59,455 nt of DNA from Myxococcales bacterium. Its GTDB lineage: Bacteria > Myxococcota_A > Polyangia > Polyangiales > Polyangiaceae. The notes below the pieces were generated by a model that was not told where the DNA came from, did not search any database, and saw only the letters and a program-made list of their open reading frames with translations. Where the stretch lies: assembly GCA_043747615.1 (NCBI GenBank), contig JAYTOU010000036.1, positions 1 to 59,455 of the forward strand, in the 5' to 3' direction. Shown here in pieces: positions 36,663 through 44,849 of the stretch (the first letter of the stretch is position 1; every line of letters starts with the position of its first letter). The position numbers and the translations under genes are program-made.

Positions 36663-39455
36663 ATGCGAAAAGTTTCCGTCGTTGGTTTTGCGTTCCTCTT
36701 GGTTGGTTCCGCTGCTCATGCGCAGTCGCCCTCTGGGGGGGCGCTCGCCTCCGCGCTCGAGGCAGTGAAAGCTACCGACTACCCGCGCGCGGAGCGTGAG
36801 CTTGCGGCTGTCCGCGGAGCCGATCAACCGGCCGCGAACACGGCGCTCGCGCGGATCATGCTCGAGCAAGGTCGCTTCGCAGAGGTGGAAAAATACGCGC
36901 AGATCGCCCAAGCGAGCCCGACGGAGAAGACCGCCGCCACCAACGTTCGTGCGCAGGCGCTCTTCGAGTCGGGCAAGGCAGTCGACGCGTTGAAGCTGCT
37001 CGAGACGGTAAAGGACGCTCCCGGTCCGGCGGGGAGACGCGCGCGCCTCTTGCTCGGCGACTACAGGATCAGGACCGGGCATCGCGCGGACGCGAGCGAT
37101 CCGCTCATGAAGATCATCGAGGAGTACAACGCCGACGGCATCAAGAGCAGCGACGCCGAAGGCTTGTCGATGGTCGGTCGCGCCGCTCACCTTCTTCGCA
37201 GCCCGAAGGACGCGAACGCCGCGTTCAACCAGAGCGAGCGCATCGACAAGAAGAGCGTCGAGATGCTTCTTTGGCGGGCCGATCTGTTCCTGGAAAAATA
37301 CGATCCCGGTCACGCCGAGGACGTGCTGAAAGAGGTCTTGGCGATCTCGCCCAAGCGGGCAGATGCGATCGTGATGATGGCGCGCGTGAAGCTCGATCAG
37401 ACGCTCGACTTCGAGGCCGCAGAAAAATTGGTGAAAGACGCGATCGCGATCAATCCCAATCACGTCGGCGCTTACGCGGTCCGCGCCGGGCTCGCGCTCC
37501 ACGACATGGACCTCGCCGCGAGCGACGGCGCCATCGCCACTGGGCTGCAAATCAACCCCAACGATCTCGAGCTATGGAGCCTGCGCGCCGCCACGAAATA
37601 CCTGGGCGACGACACCAAAGGCTTCGAGAGCGCAAAGAAAGAAACGTTCGCTCGCAACCCTGAATACGCTGATTTTTACGGCGTCTTGGGAGAGTTCGCA
37701 GAGTGGGAGCACCGCTACGACGACATCGTATCGATGATGAAAGAAGCCACGAAGCTCGACCCTGAGGACGGCAAAGCGTGGGCCCAGCTCGGCCTCACCC
37801 AGATGCGAAGCGGCGACGAGACGGGCGGAATGGACAGCCTGAAGAAGGCCTGGGCGAAGGACCACTACAACGTCCGCGTCTTCAATACGTTGAACCTCTA
37901 CGAGCAGACCATCCCCAACGCGTACGAGACCGGCGGCGGCGGCGTGTTCAAGATTCGCTTCCCGAAGGACGAACGCGCTGTGCTCGATCGCTATTTGCCG
38001 CGCATGCTCGGCGAAGCCTGGGGCTCGATGAAGGCGCGCTACGAGTTCGTTCCCCAGAATCCGGTGCAGGTCGAGCTCTACTCGAATCGCGAACAGTTCA
38101 GCGTGCGCACCAGCGGACTCCCCAACATCGGCATTCAAGGCGTTTGCTTCGGGCGGGTCGTGGCCGCGATGAGCCCCAAGAGCGAGCCCTTCAACTGGGG
38201 CAACGTGGTGTGGCACGAGCTCGGCCACGTCTTCGCCATCCAGCTATCCAAGAACCACGTGCCGCGCTGGTTCACCGAGGGGCTCAGCGAATACGAAACC
38301 ATCGCCCGGCGCCCGGAGTGGCAACGGGAGCTCGATCCTGAGCTCTACCTCGCCATCAAGCGCGGCACCCTCCCCGGCGCCGTCGACATGAACCGCGCTT
38401 TCACCCACGCGAGCGACGGCAACGACGTGACCGTCGCCTACTACGCGGCGAGCCAGATGCTCGTGTACACCGCGGAGAAATATGGGATGCCGAAGATCGT
38501 CGCGGCCCTGAAATTGTGGGGCGATGGCGTCCGCACGCCGGAGGTCATCCAGCGCGCGTTCGGGGTATCGGCCACCGAATACGATCGCCTCTTTCGCGTC
38601 TGGGCGATGGATCGGCTCGCTCGCTACAAGACGCAATTCCTCTTCGATGATCGGGCACGACCGCTCGATGAAGCGCAGGCCAGGGTGAAGTCCTCGCCGA
38701 ACGACGCTGCGGCGCACGCGGCCCTCGCACTCGCGCTCGTGCACGCGCGAAAGGTGGACGAGGCGAAGAAGGAGATAGAAGCCGCGCTCAAGCTCGATCC
38801 GAAGGACATGAACGCGCACTACCTCGGCTCGAAGCTGGCCGGCAAAGACGCCGACGCGCAGCTCGCGCACCTCGTGGCCATCCAGAAGGCGGGCGGGGAC
38901 GGGTATCCGGTCCGGATGGGACTCGCCGAAGTGGCCGAGGCGAAGAAAGACAAGGTCGGTCTGCGCGCTGCGTTCGAAGCTGCGCACAGGTTCGATCCGA
39001 CGCAGGGCGAGCCGGTGAAGGGGCTCTTCGATCTGGCGCACGAAGAGAACCGCGAGGCCGACGAGATCACCCTTTTGAAGGAGCTCGCGCCGCTCGATCA
39101 GCACAACCGAAAAGTGTGGCGGATGCTTCTGGACAAACTCGTCGCGGCCAAGCGCTGGCCGGAGGCACGCAGCGTCGGCGAGTCGACGATCTTCGTCGAC
39201 GTCGAGCACGGTCCGACCCATGTGGCCTACGCACGCGCCCTCTCGGCAGTAGGAGATCACGCAAACGCGGTCTACGAGCTCGAGAGCGCCGTCCTCTGCG
39301 CCGGCCCTCCGAAAAACGTGGCGACGGCGCACGCTCTCCTTGCGGCGGAGCTCGTGACCTTGAAAAATTCTCCTGAGGCGCGGAAGCACCTGGCCGAAGC
39401 CCAACGCCTTGATCCGGAGAACGCGGAGGCAAAAACCATCAAAATTGCGCCGTAA
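36663..39455 (+). CDS. Secreted TPR-repeat protein with central gluzincin (peptidase MA-like) domain
   Basis: Signal peptide; TPR-like helices on both sides; WHELGH...PRWFTEGLSEY. Confidence 0.85.
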   Translation: MRKVSVVGFAFLLVGSAAHAQSPSGGALASALEAVKATDYPRAERELAAVRGADQPAANTALARIMLEQGRFAEVEKYAQIAQASPTEKTAATNVRAQALFESGKAVDALKLLETVKDAPGPAGRRARLLLGDYRIRTGHRADASDPLMKIIEEYNADGIKSSDAEGLSMVGRAAHLLRSPKDANAAFNQSERIDKKSVEMLLWRADLFLEKYDPGHAEDVLKEVLAISPKRADAIVMMARVKLDQTLDFEAAEKLVKDAIAINPNHVGAYAVRAGLALHDMDLAASDGAIATGLQINPNDLELWSLRAATKYLGDDTKGFESAKKETFARNPEYADFYGVLGEFAEWEHRYDDIVSMMKEATKLDPEDGKAWAQLGLTQMRSGDETGGMDSLKKAWAKDHYNVRVFNTLNLYEQTIPNAYETGGGGVFKIRFPKDERAVLDRYLPRMLGEAWGSMKARYEFVPQNPVQVELYSNREQFSVRTSGLPNIGIQGVCFGRVVAAMSPKSEPFNWGNVVWHELGHVFAIQLSKNHVPRWFTEGLSEYETIARRPEWQRELDPELYLAIKRGTLPGAVDMNRAFTHASDGNDVTVAYYAASQMLVYTAEKYGMPKIVAALKLWGDGVRTPEVIQRAFGVSATEYDRLFRVWAMDRLARYKTQFLFDDRARPLDEAQARVKSSPNDAAAHAALALALVHARKVDEAKKEIEAALKLDPKDMNAHYLGSKLAGKDADAQLAHLVAIQKAGGDGYPVRMGLAEVAEAKKDKVGLRAAFEAAHRFDPTQGEPVKGLFDLAHEENREADEITLLKELAPLDQHNRKVWRMLLDKLVAAKRWPEARSVGESTIFVDVEHGPTHVAYARALSAVGDHANAVYELESAVLCAGPPKNVATAHALLAAELVTLKNSPEARKHLAEAQRLDPENAEAKTIKIAP

Positions 39456-39464
39456 TTACGCTTA

Positions 39465-39487
39465 CGTATGTGCAGTATGCACATACG
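39465..39487. promoter_or_regulatory. Perfect 10-bp inverted repeat upstream of adenosine deaminase
   Basis: CGTATGTGCA-GTA-TGCACATACG. Confidence 0.6.
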
Positions 39488-39507
39488 AATCCGTGTTATC
39501 ATTCTTT

Positions 39508-40629
39508 ATGGCGAAATCGATTCTCTCTCTGGAGACGCTCCAGAAGCTCCCGAAGACGGACCTCCACGTTCACCTGGACGGCTCGCTCCGCCTCTCGACC
39601 ATCCTGGATCTCGCGGCCAAGCACCGCATCGAGCTCCCCGCCGACGACGAGGACGGCCTGCGCAAGGCCATGAACCTCGGCGAGAACTGCGGCTCACTCG
39701 TCGAGTACCTGAAGGCGTTCGACGTGACGCTGCGGGTGATGCAGACCGAAGAAGCGCTGGAACGCATCGCCTACGAGCTGGCAGAGGACGCTGCAAAAGA
39801 GAGCGTCCGTTACATGGAAGTTCGCTACGCACCGATGCTCCATACCCGCCGCGGGCTTCGCCTCACGAACGTCGTCGAGGCCGTGCTCGCGGGGCTACGC
39901 GCGGCTCAAACCGATTTTCGGATCGAGTCGAACATCATCATCTGCGGAATCCGCAACGTCTCCCCGGAGAGCTCGCTCGAGATGGCCGAGCTCGCCGTGG
40001 CCTACAAAAATAGGGGCGTGGTGGGCTTCGACCTCGCCGGCGCCGAGTACGATCACCCCGCGAAGCATCACCGCAACGCTTTCCAGCTCGTTCGCGACAA
40101 CAACATCAACGTCACCATCCACGCCGGTGAAGCCTACGGTCCCGAGTCGATCGCCCAAGCCGTGCATACCTGCGGCGCGCATCGCATCGGACACGGCTGC
40201 CGCCTCCGCGAGAACGGCGATCTCCTGCATTACGTGAACGACCATCGCATCACGCTCGAGTGCTGCCCCAGCTCCAACGTGCAGACCGGGGCCATTCGCG
40301 ATCTCGCGAGCCATCCACTCAAGCTCTACGCGAACCTCGGCTTGCGGGTGACGGTCAACACCGACAACCGCCTCGTCACCGACACCACGGTCTCGAAAGA
40401 GCTATGGCTTTGCCACACCCAGATGGGCCTCTCGCTCGCGGACATCAAGCAGATCATCCTGAGCGGGTTCAAGAGCGCGTTTCTTCCGTTCCACGTGAAG
40501 CAGCAATACCTGCGCACGGTGAGCGAGGAGCTTGCCGCGTTCACCGAAGACACCACGACGCCGAGTCAGGCCGCTGCTCTCGCGCCGTCCCCGAGCCTCT
40601 CGGGCCCCAAAGAGACCGCCCAGAACTAG
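39508..40629 (+). CDS. add: Adenosine deaminase
   Basis: LPKTDLHVHLDGS, GFDLAGAE, TIHAGE, RIGHG, ECCPSSN, NTDN. Confidence 0.95.
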   Translation: MAKSILSLETLQKLPKTDLHVHLDGSLRLSTILDLAAKHRIELPADDEDGLRKAMNLGENCGSLVEYLKAFDVTLRVMQTEEALERIAYELAEDAAKESVRYMEVRYAPMLHTRRGLRLTNVVEAVLAGLRAAQTDFRIESNIIICGIRNVSPESSLEMAELAVAYKNRGVVGFDLAGAEYDHPAKHHRNAFQLVRDNNINVTIHAGEAYGPESIAQAVHTCGAHRIGHGCRLRENGDLLHYVNDHRITLECCPSSNVQTGAIRDLASHPLKLYANLGLRVTVNTDNRLVTDTTVSKELWLCHTQMGLSLADIKQIILSGFKSAFLPFHVKQQYLRTVSEELAAFTEDTTTPSQAAALAPSPSLSGPKETAQN

Positions 40630-40630
40630 C

Positions 40631-41236
40631 CTATTTGCAGAGCGCGTAGCCGGGGAGAGCCTGGCTCGCCTGGCAGTTCAGGCCAATCGCGACGCACTCG
40701 TCGGTGGGCGCGGTGTCGTCGCAAAAGCGGACGGGCGAGGTCGTCGCGGTCGGCGTGCAGGTGGTCTTGCACGACACGTCCGTGTAACCCACGACGCTGT
40801 CGAACGTTCCGCAGCAGATCTCGCCGTGGCAATCGGCGGTGTCGTTGCACGGAAGCCGAATGCCGCCGGCACACGCTCCTGGCGCTGGGGACTCGCACAT
40901 GTAGCTCGGAGGGCTGCCGTTCCCAACGCCCTTCGCGCAGCAAAACTGGCTGCTCACGTTGCACGTGACGTCCATGCCCATGCTCGTTCCGCAGGGGATG
41001 GTGGTGTCGAACGTGGTGCCCGCATCGAAGCCGGGCCCGGAGTCTTTCCGGTTGCCGCCGTCCCGGAACGTGACCCCTGCGTCGCCGGTGACGCCGCCGT
41101 CGCGACCACTGTCGGTCGACGTCCCGGCATCTCCGGACGTGCCGTCGCCGCTTCCAAAGAGACCGGTTTCGGCAGCGCCGCCGCAGCCAAGGCTCACGAT
41201 GATGATGCCGAGCGACACGAAGGAAGAAGCGCGCAT
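40631..41236 (-). CDS. Cys-rich lipoprotein
   Basis: Lipobox SLG-C, GGAAETGLFG, DAG linker, CC motifs. Confidence 0.8.
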   Translation of the reverse strand: MRASSFVSLGIIIVSLGCGGAAETGLFGSGDGTSGDAGTSTDSGRDGGVTGDAGVTFRDGGNRKDSGPGFDAGTTFDTTIPCGTSMGMDVTCNVSSQFCCAKGVGNGSPPSYMCESPAPGACAGGIRLPCNDTADCHGEICCGTFDSVVGYTDVSCKTTCTPTATTSPVRFCDDTAPTDECVAIGLNCQASQALPGYALCK

Positions 41237-41272
41237 GTTTTCCCTGTCTTGGAAGCTAAGAAGTTCGGAAGC

Positions 41273-41908
41273 TCAGAAGCAGATGTGGAAGCCGGAGAGC
41301 GTAGTGACGCTGACCTGACAGCTTCCGCCGTTGGGGCACGGGTCGGCGGCGAGCGGGTCACACAGATTCGTCGTATTGGGTCCGCCGCAGCTGTTGGGCG
41401 GCACGCAGCTCACAGACGTTGCTCTGCCGCCGGGGGTTTGCGCGCAGCATAGGTCGCCTGGTTGACCGAGCTTCGTGCAATCGTCGGTGCCGGCGCAGGG
41501 GATCGGCATCTCGCCCATCGCGTTGCAACCTGCGGCAGGAGTGCAGTCGAAGATCGGCGGGATGTCACCCGAGCGGCAGCAGACCTGCTCGCCGAGCGCG
41601 CACGTCATTGCGGCCGTGTTGCACTCGATCCTGTTCGTGACCGGAGGGTTCGCGTCCGTCGTCCTCGCGTCCGTCACCCTCGCGTCGCGCATGCCGCTGT
41701 CGGTTACCCCGGCATCGAAGCGGCCTCCGCCGTCTAACCGGATGCCTCCGTCCGCCCCAATCGCGCCATCGTCGGTCGGCCCGGCCGCGTCCGCCGAATC
41801 CTGTGTGCCCGTCGGATTTCCGAACAGGCCGGTATCCACCGCGCCGCCACAGCTCGGCACGAACACGCCCAATGCCACGAAGACATACAGCCACGATTTT
41901 CGCTTCAT
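41273..41908 (-). CDS. Cys-rich lipoprotein (paralog of 40631..41236)
   Basis: VPS-CGGAVDTGLFG, DAG linker, same Cys spacing as the neighbour. Confidence 0.8.
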   Translation of the reverse strand: MKRKSWLYVFVALGVFVPSCGGAVDTGLFGNPTGTQDSADAAGPTDDGAIGADGGIRLDGGGRFDAGVTDSGMRDARVTDARTTDANPPVTNRIECNTAAMTCALGEQVCCRSGDIPPIFDCTPAAGCNAMGEMPIPCAGTDDCTKLGQPGDLCCAQTPGGRATSVSCVPPNSCGGPNTTNLCDPLAADPCPNGGSCQVSVTTLSGFHICF

Positions 41909-42035
41909 TGGACTCCCGGGGCGTTCTTTACACTATCTGCCACGTCGCGACCTGCGTGCAATGCGGTCTTCGCGAGGGAAACTACGTGCTAGTACGCTGC
42001 TCCGCCGTTCTCCGCCGAAAATCTCCGCCAAAAAC

Positions 42036-42989
42036 ATGCCTCCCGAACCTACCCTCGAAGCTACCGGAGAAGCCGACCGGGCTATGGACGCATTGGCGAT
42101 TGCGGCGGTCGTTGCCGAGCGGTCCGGCGGATCGGAGGCTGCCCCTGCCATCGTGATCGCAAAGCCCGAAGACTACCGAGCGGCCCTGGATCTCGATGCC
42201 AAGCTGGTTCGCAGCTACCTCGATCGCGTGGTGATGGGCGAAGATCCCGAAGCTGGCCTCGATGCGCTCCTCGAATCGCGGGCTCTCGAGATGATCTTTC
42301 CCGAGGTGCAGGCCATGGTCGGCTTCGGCGACGGCGAGTGGCGACACAAAGACGTCTGGAAGCACACCAAGCAGGTCGTGCGTCAGGCGGTGCCCCGCCT
42401 CGAGGTCCGGTGGGCTTCGCTCTTCCATGACATTGGGAAGGTGAAGACGCGTTCGATCAGCGCTGAAGGCAAAGTGCATTTCTTCGGACACGCCGAGGTT
42501 GGGACCCGGATGTTCGACAAGATGGAGAGGCGGATTTCGCTCTTTTCGCCCGAGCCCGCTCTCCGCGACACGGTGCGCTTTCTCGTGCTCCATCACCTCC
42601 GCGCCAATCAGTACGAGCCCTCCTGGACGGACGGGGCGGTACGCCGATTCGCCCGCGAGCTCGGCGCGCACCTGGACGATCTCTTGTGCCTCGCGTCTGC
42701 CGACATCACCACCAAGCGCCCCGAGAAGAAGCGCAAAGGCCTCTCCCAAATTTCGGAGCTCGGAGCACGAATCCAGAAGCTCGCCGAAGAAGACGCGAAG
42801 GTTCCGCCGCTCCCCACCGGCGTCGGCGATGCCATCATGAAGGCCTTCGATCTGAAGCCGTCGCGCCTCGTCGGCGAGATCAAACGCGCGCTCGAAGAGG
42901 CCATCGCCACGGGCGAAATTCAAGGCCACGAGCCTTGCGAAATGTACGTCGCGTTCGTGGGATCGAACCGCACTCGCTTCGGGATCTAG
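42036..42989 (+). CDS. Stand-alone HD-domain protein resembling the C-terminal part of CCA-adding enzymes
   Basis: FPEV, HKDVWKHT, LFHDIGK, FFGHAEVG, HHLR, ADIT, G..IM...LKPS..VG; no nucleotidyltransferase DxD head seen. Confidence 0.85.
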   Translation: MPPEPTLEATGEADRAMDALAIAAVVAERSGGSEAAPAIVIAKPEDYRAALDLDAKLVRSYLDRVVMGEDPEAGLDALLESRALEMIFPEVQAMVGFGDGEWRHKDVWKHTKQVVRQAVPRLEVRWASLFHDIGKVKTRSISAEGKVHFFGHAEVGTRMFDKMERRISLFSPEPALRDTVRFLVLHHLRANQYEPSWTDGAVRRFARELGAHLDDLLCLASADITTKRPEKKRKGLSQISELGARIQKLAEEDAKVPPLPTGVGDAIMKAFDLKPSRLVGEIKRALEEAIATGEIQGHEPCEMYVAFVGSNRTRFGI

Positions 42990-43047
42990 ACCGCGGCAAG
43001 CCCGCTTCCTTTTCGCGGTAAATCGCGTTAGAGCCGTCTCGCTTTCG

Positions 43048-43320
43048 ATGGGTATGACGCATTCTTCTGCTTGGTTGCATGTTCGCGTGAGCTTCGCGCT
43101 GCTGGCGGTGGCGGCGTGCGTGAAAATTCCCGGAGAGGTCGAGGCTACGTTTGCTCCGCCGGCACCTCACGACGACGACAATTTTCGGCGAAACGCCGAC
43201 GGAAAAGCGCACGTGCCTTTCGAGCATGCGCCCCCGGATCTCGCCGCGACCGCGACCGCGGTGGACGCCGCGCCGGATGCGCCAGTCATCACACAGCCAT
43301 TCGATGGTGGTGTCGAATGA
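43048..43320 (+). CDS. Small lipoprotein
   Basis: Lipobox VAA-C; the stop overlaps the next start (ATGA). Confidence 0.65.
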   Translation: MGMTHSSAWLHVRVSFALLAVAACVKIPGEVEATFAPPAPHDDDNFRRNADGKAHVPFEHAPPDLAATATAVDAAPDAPVITQPFDGGVE

Positions 43321-44261
43321 CGAGAGTCAGTGTCGCCGCGGCCGTCCTCGCGCTCGCCGCCAGCTCATGCACCACCACGACGGGCACCCTCAACGTTCTC
43401 GACGCGAAGACGGACAAGGCGCATCCCGCGACCTACCTCGGGCTCCCCCTTCGCAGCGGCCAGCTCGTGATCACCGAGGCGCCGGGCGCGTACAGCTTCG
43501 TGTTCGCGCTCATCCCCGAGCACTACCATCCGTTCACCCATGCGGCGATCATCAGCATGGAAGACGGCTCGCCGTACGTTTACGACATCTCCGGTCGCTA
43601 CAAACCGACCTTCCATTCGCGCGTGCTCGACAACGTAAAAGGGGGCATGCGCCGCACGCCCTTCGACCAGTACGTGACGCCGAATCTCTACGCCGAGGTC
43701 TACGATCTGCCCGACGGGATCGATCCTGCGCGGGCTGTGGCGTTCGCCAAGCAGAAGTTCGCACACGGGGTCGAGTTCGATGCCTTCTTCGACAACGCGG
43801 ACCACGACAAGCTCTTTTGCACGGAGCTCGTGCAGCTCGAAATGATTGCCGGCGGCGCGAAGCCCGTGCCGATGGACACCGTGCGCGCGAATCCGTCGCT
43901 CAAGCTCGCGATGCAGTGGCTCGGCGTTCCCCTCGGTGAAGCGCTCCCCCCGATCTTCTTCGTCGACCAGAAAAACTACGTTGGCTCGCTCGGCCAATTT
44001 TCGTCGCGCACCGCGGCCTATTCGTATTTCGAAGGAAAGCGTGAGCTCCATCGTCGCTTCCAAAAAAATCAGCGTCTCGGCTTCCTCTTCGAGCTTCACG
44101 GAAGCGGCGACATCAGCGCGCGCCCGGAGATCGACGACTTCATGGTGAAAGCCACCCATGTCTTCGACGGCGTGAGCGATCCGCCGCGCCCCGGCGACGA
44201 ACGGATCACGAAAGCGGTTCGCCGCCTCGCCGACAACACGTTCGGACCGCTGGCAGACTAG
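43317..44261 (+). CDS. YiiX/YebB-like permuted papain-like (NlpC/P60) lipoprotein
   Basis: Lipobox ASS-C; LRSGQLV, FTHAAI (His), FD..F....KLFCTELV (Cys). Confidence 0.82.
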   Translation: MTRVSVAAAVLALAASSCTTTTGTLNVLDAKTDKAHPATYLGLPLRSGQLVITEAPGAYSFVFALIPEHYHPFTHAAIISMEDGSPYVYDISGRYKPTFHSRVLDNVKGGMRRTPFDQYVTPNLYAEVYDLPDGIDPARAVAFAKQKFAHGVEFDAFFDNADHDKLFCTELVQLEMIAGGAKPVPMDTVRANPSLKLAMQWLGVPLGEALPPIFFVDQKNYVGSLGQFSSRTAAYSYFEGKRELHRRFQKNQRLGFLFELHGSGDISARPEIDDFMVKATHVFDGVSDPPRPGDERITKAVRRLADNTFGPLAD

Positions 44262-44834
44262 GTGAGCGTGAGCCGCATCGTGCGCATGGCTGGGTTTCTT
44301 GGCGCGACGCTGAGTCTCTTCGTCGCCACTGGATGCTACGGATGGGCGCGCGCCAACGGAGGGCCGACGTACTCGACCACCGGACGCCAGGGACAAGGCG
44401 GCTACGTGGGCGGCATCGACGGCGTCTTTGGCCTGAAGGAAAACTCCAAGATCAACCGGAGCCAGAAGCCGTTTCCGGTAGGCCTCCACAACTCCGTCGA
44501 GATCGCGCTCGGACCCGATCGCAAGACCCTCGGTTGGGGAACGGCGCTCGCAATGTGGTCCAAGCCGCGCCCGATCTCACCGTACGTCCTCCTCGGCTCG
44601 TACCTACACGCCGATCTCTTGCAGAACAAATTCAGCTTCGGAAACGTAAGCCCCTATGGTGAGATCGGCCTCGTCGGTCAGCTCGGCGATCGCACCGACG
44701 AAGACGAGAACGGCATGATCTTCACCCTCGGCCTAGAGCTCCAGTACCTCATTCAGTATTTGCATCCGCCGGGCGAGCCCGTGCTTCCGGGATTCTTCAC
44801 GCTGAAATTCGGAATCGGCTACGAGAAGAACTGA
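44262..44834 (+). CDS. Hypothetical lipoprotein, beta-strand-rich
   Basis: Lipobox ATG-C; alternating aromatic/Gly strands; C-terminus FGIGY. Confidence 0.7.
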   Translation: MSVSRIVRMAGFLGATLSLFVATGCYGWARANGGPTYSTTGRQGQGGYVGGIDGVFGLKENSKINRSQKPFPVGLHNSVEIALGPDRKTLGWGTALAMWSKPRPISPYVLLGSYLHADLLQNKFSFGNVSPYGEIGLVGQLGDRTDEDENGMIFTLGLELQYLIQYLHPPGEPVLPGFFTLKFGIGYEKN

Positions 44835-44849
44835 GCGCGCAGTGTTTTG

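Noticed and set aside
42000..42030. Three CTCCGCC direct repeats upstream of the HD gene
   Set aside because: Short, GC-rich and unevenly spaced; plausible by chance.
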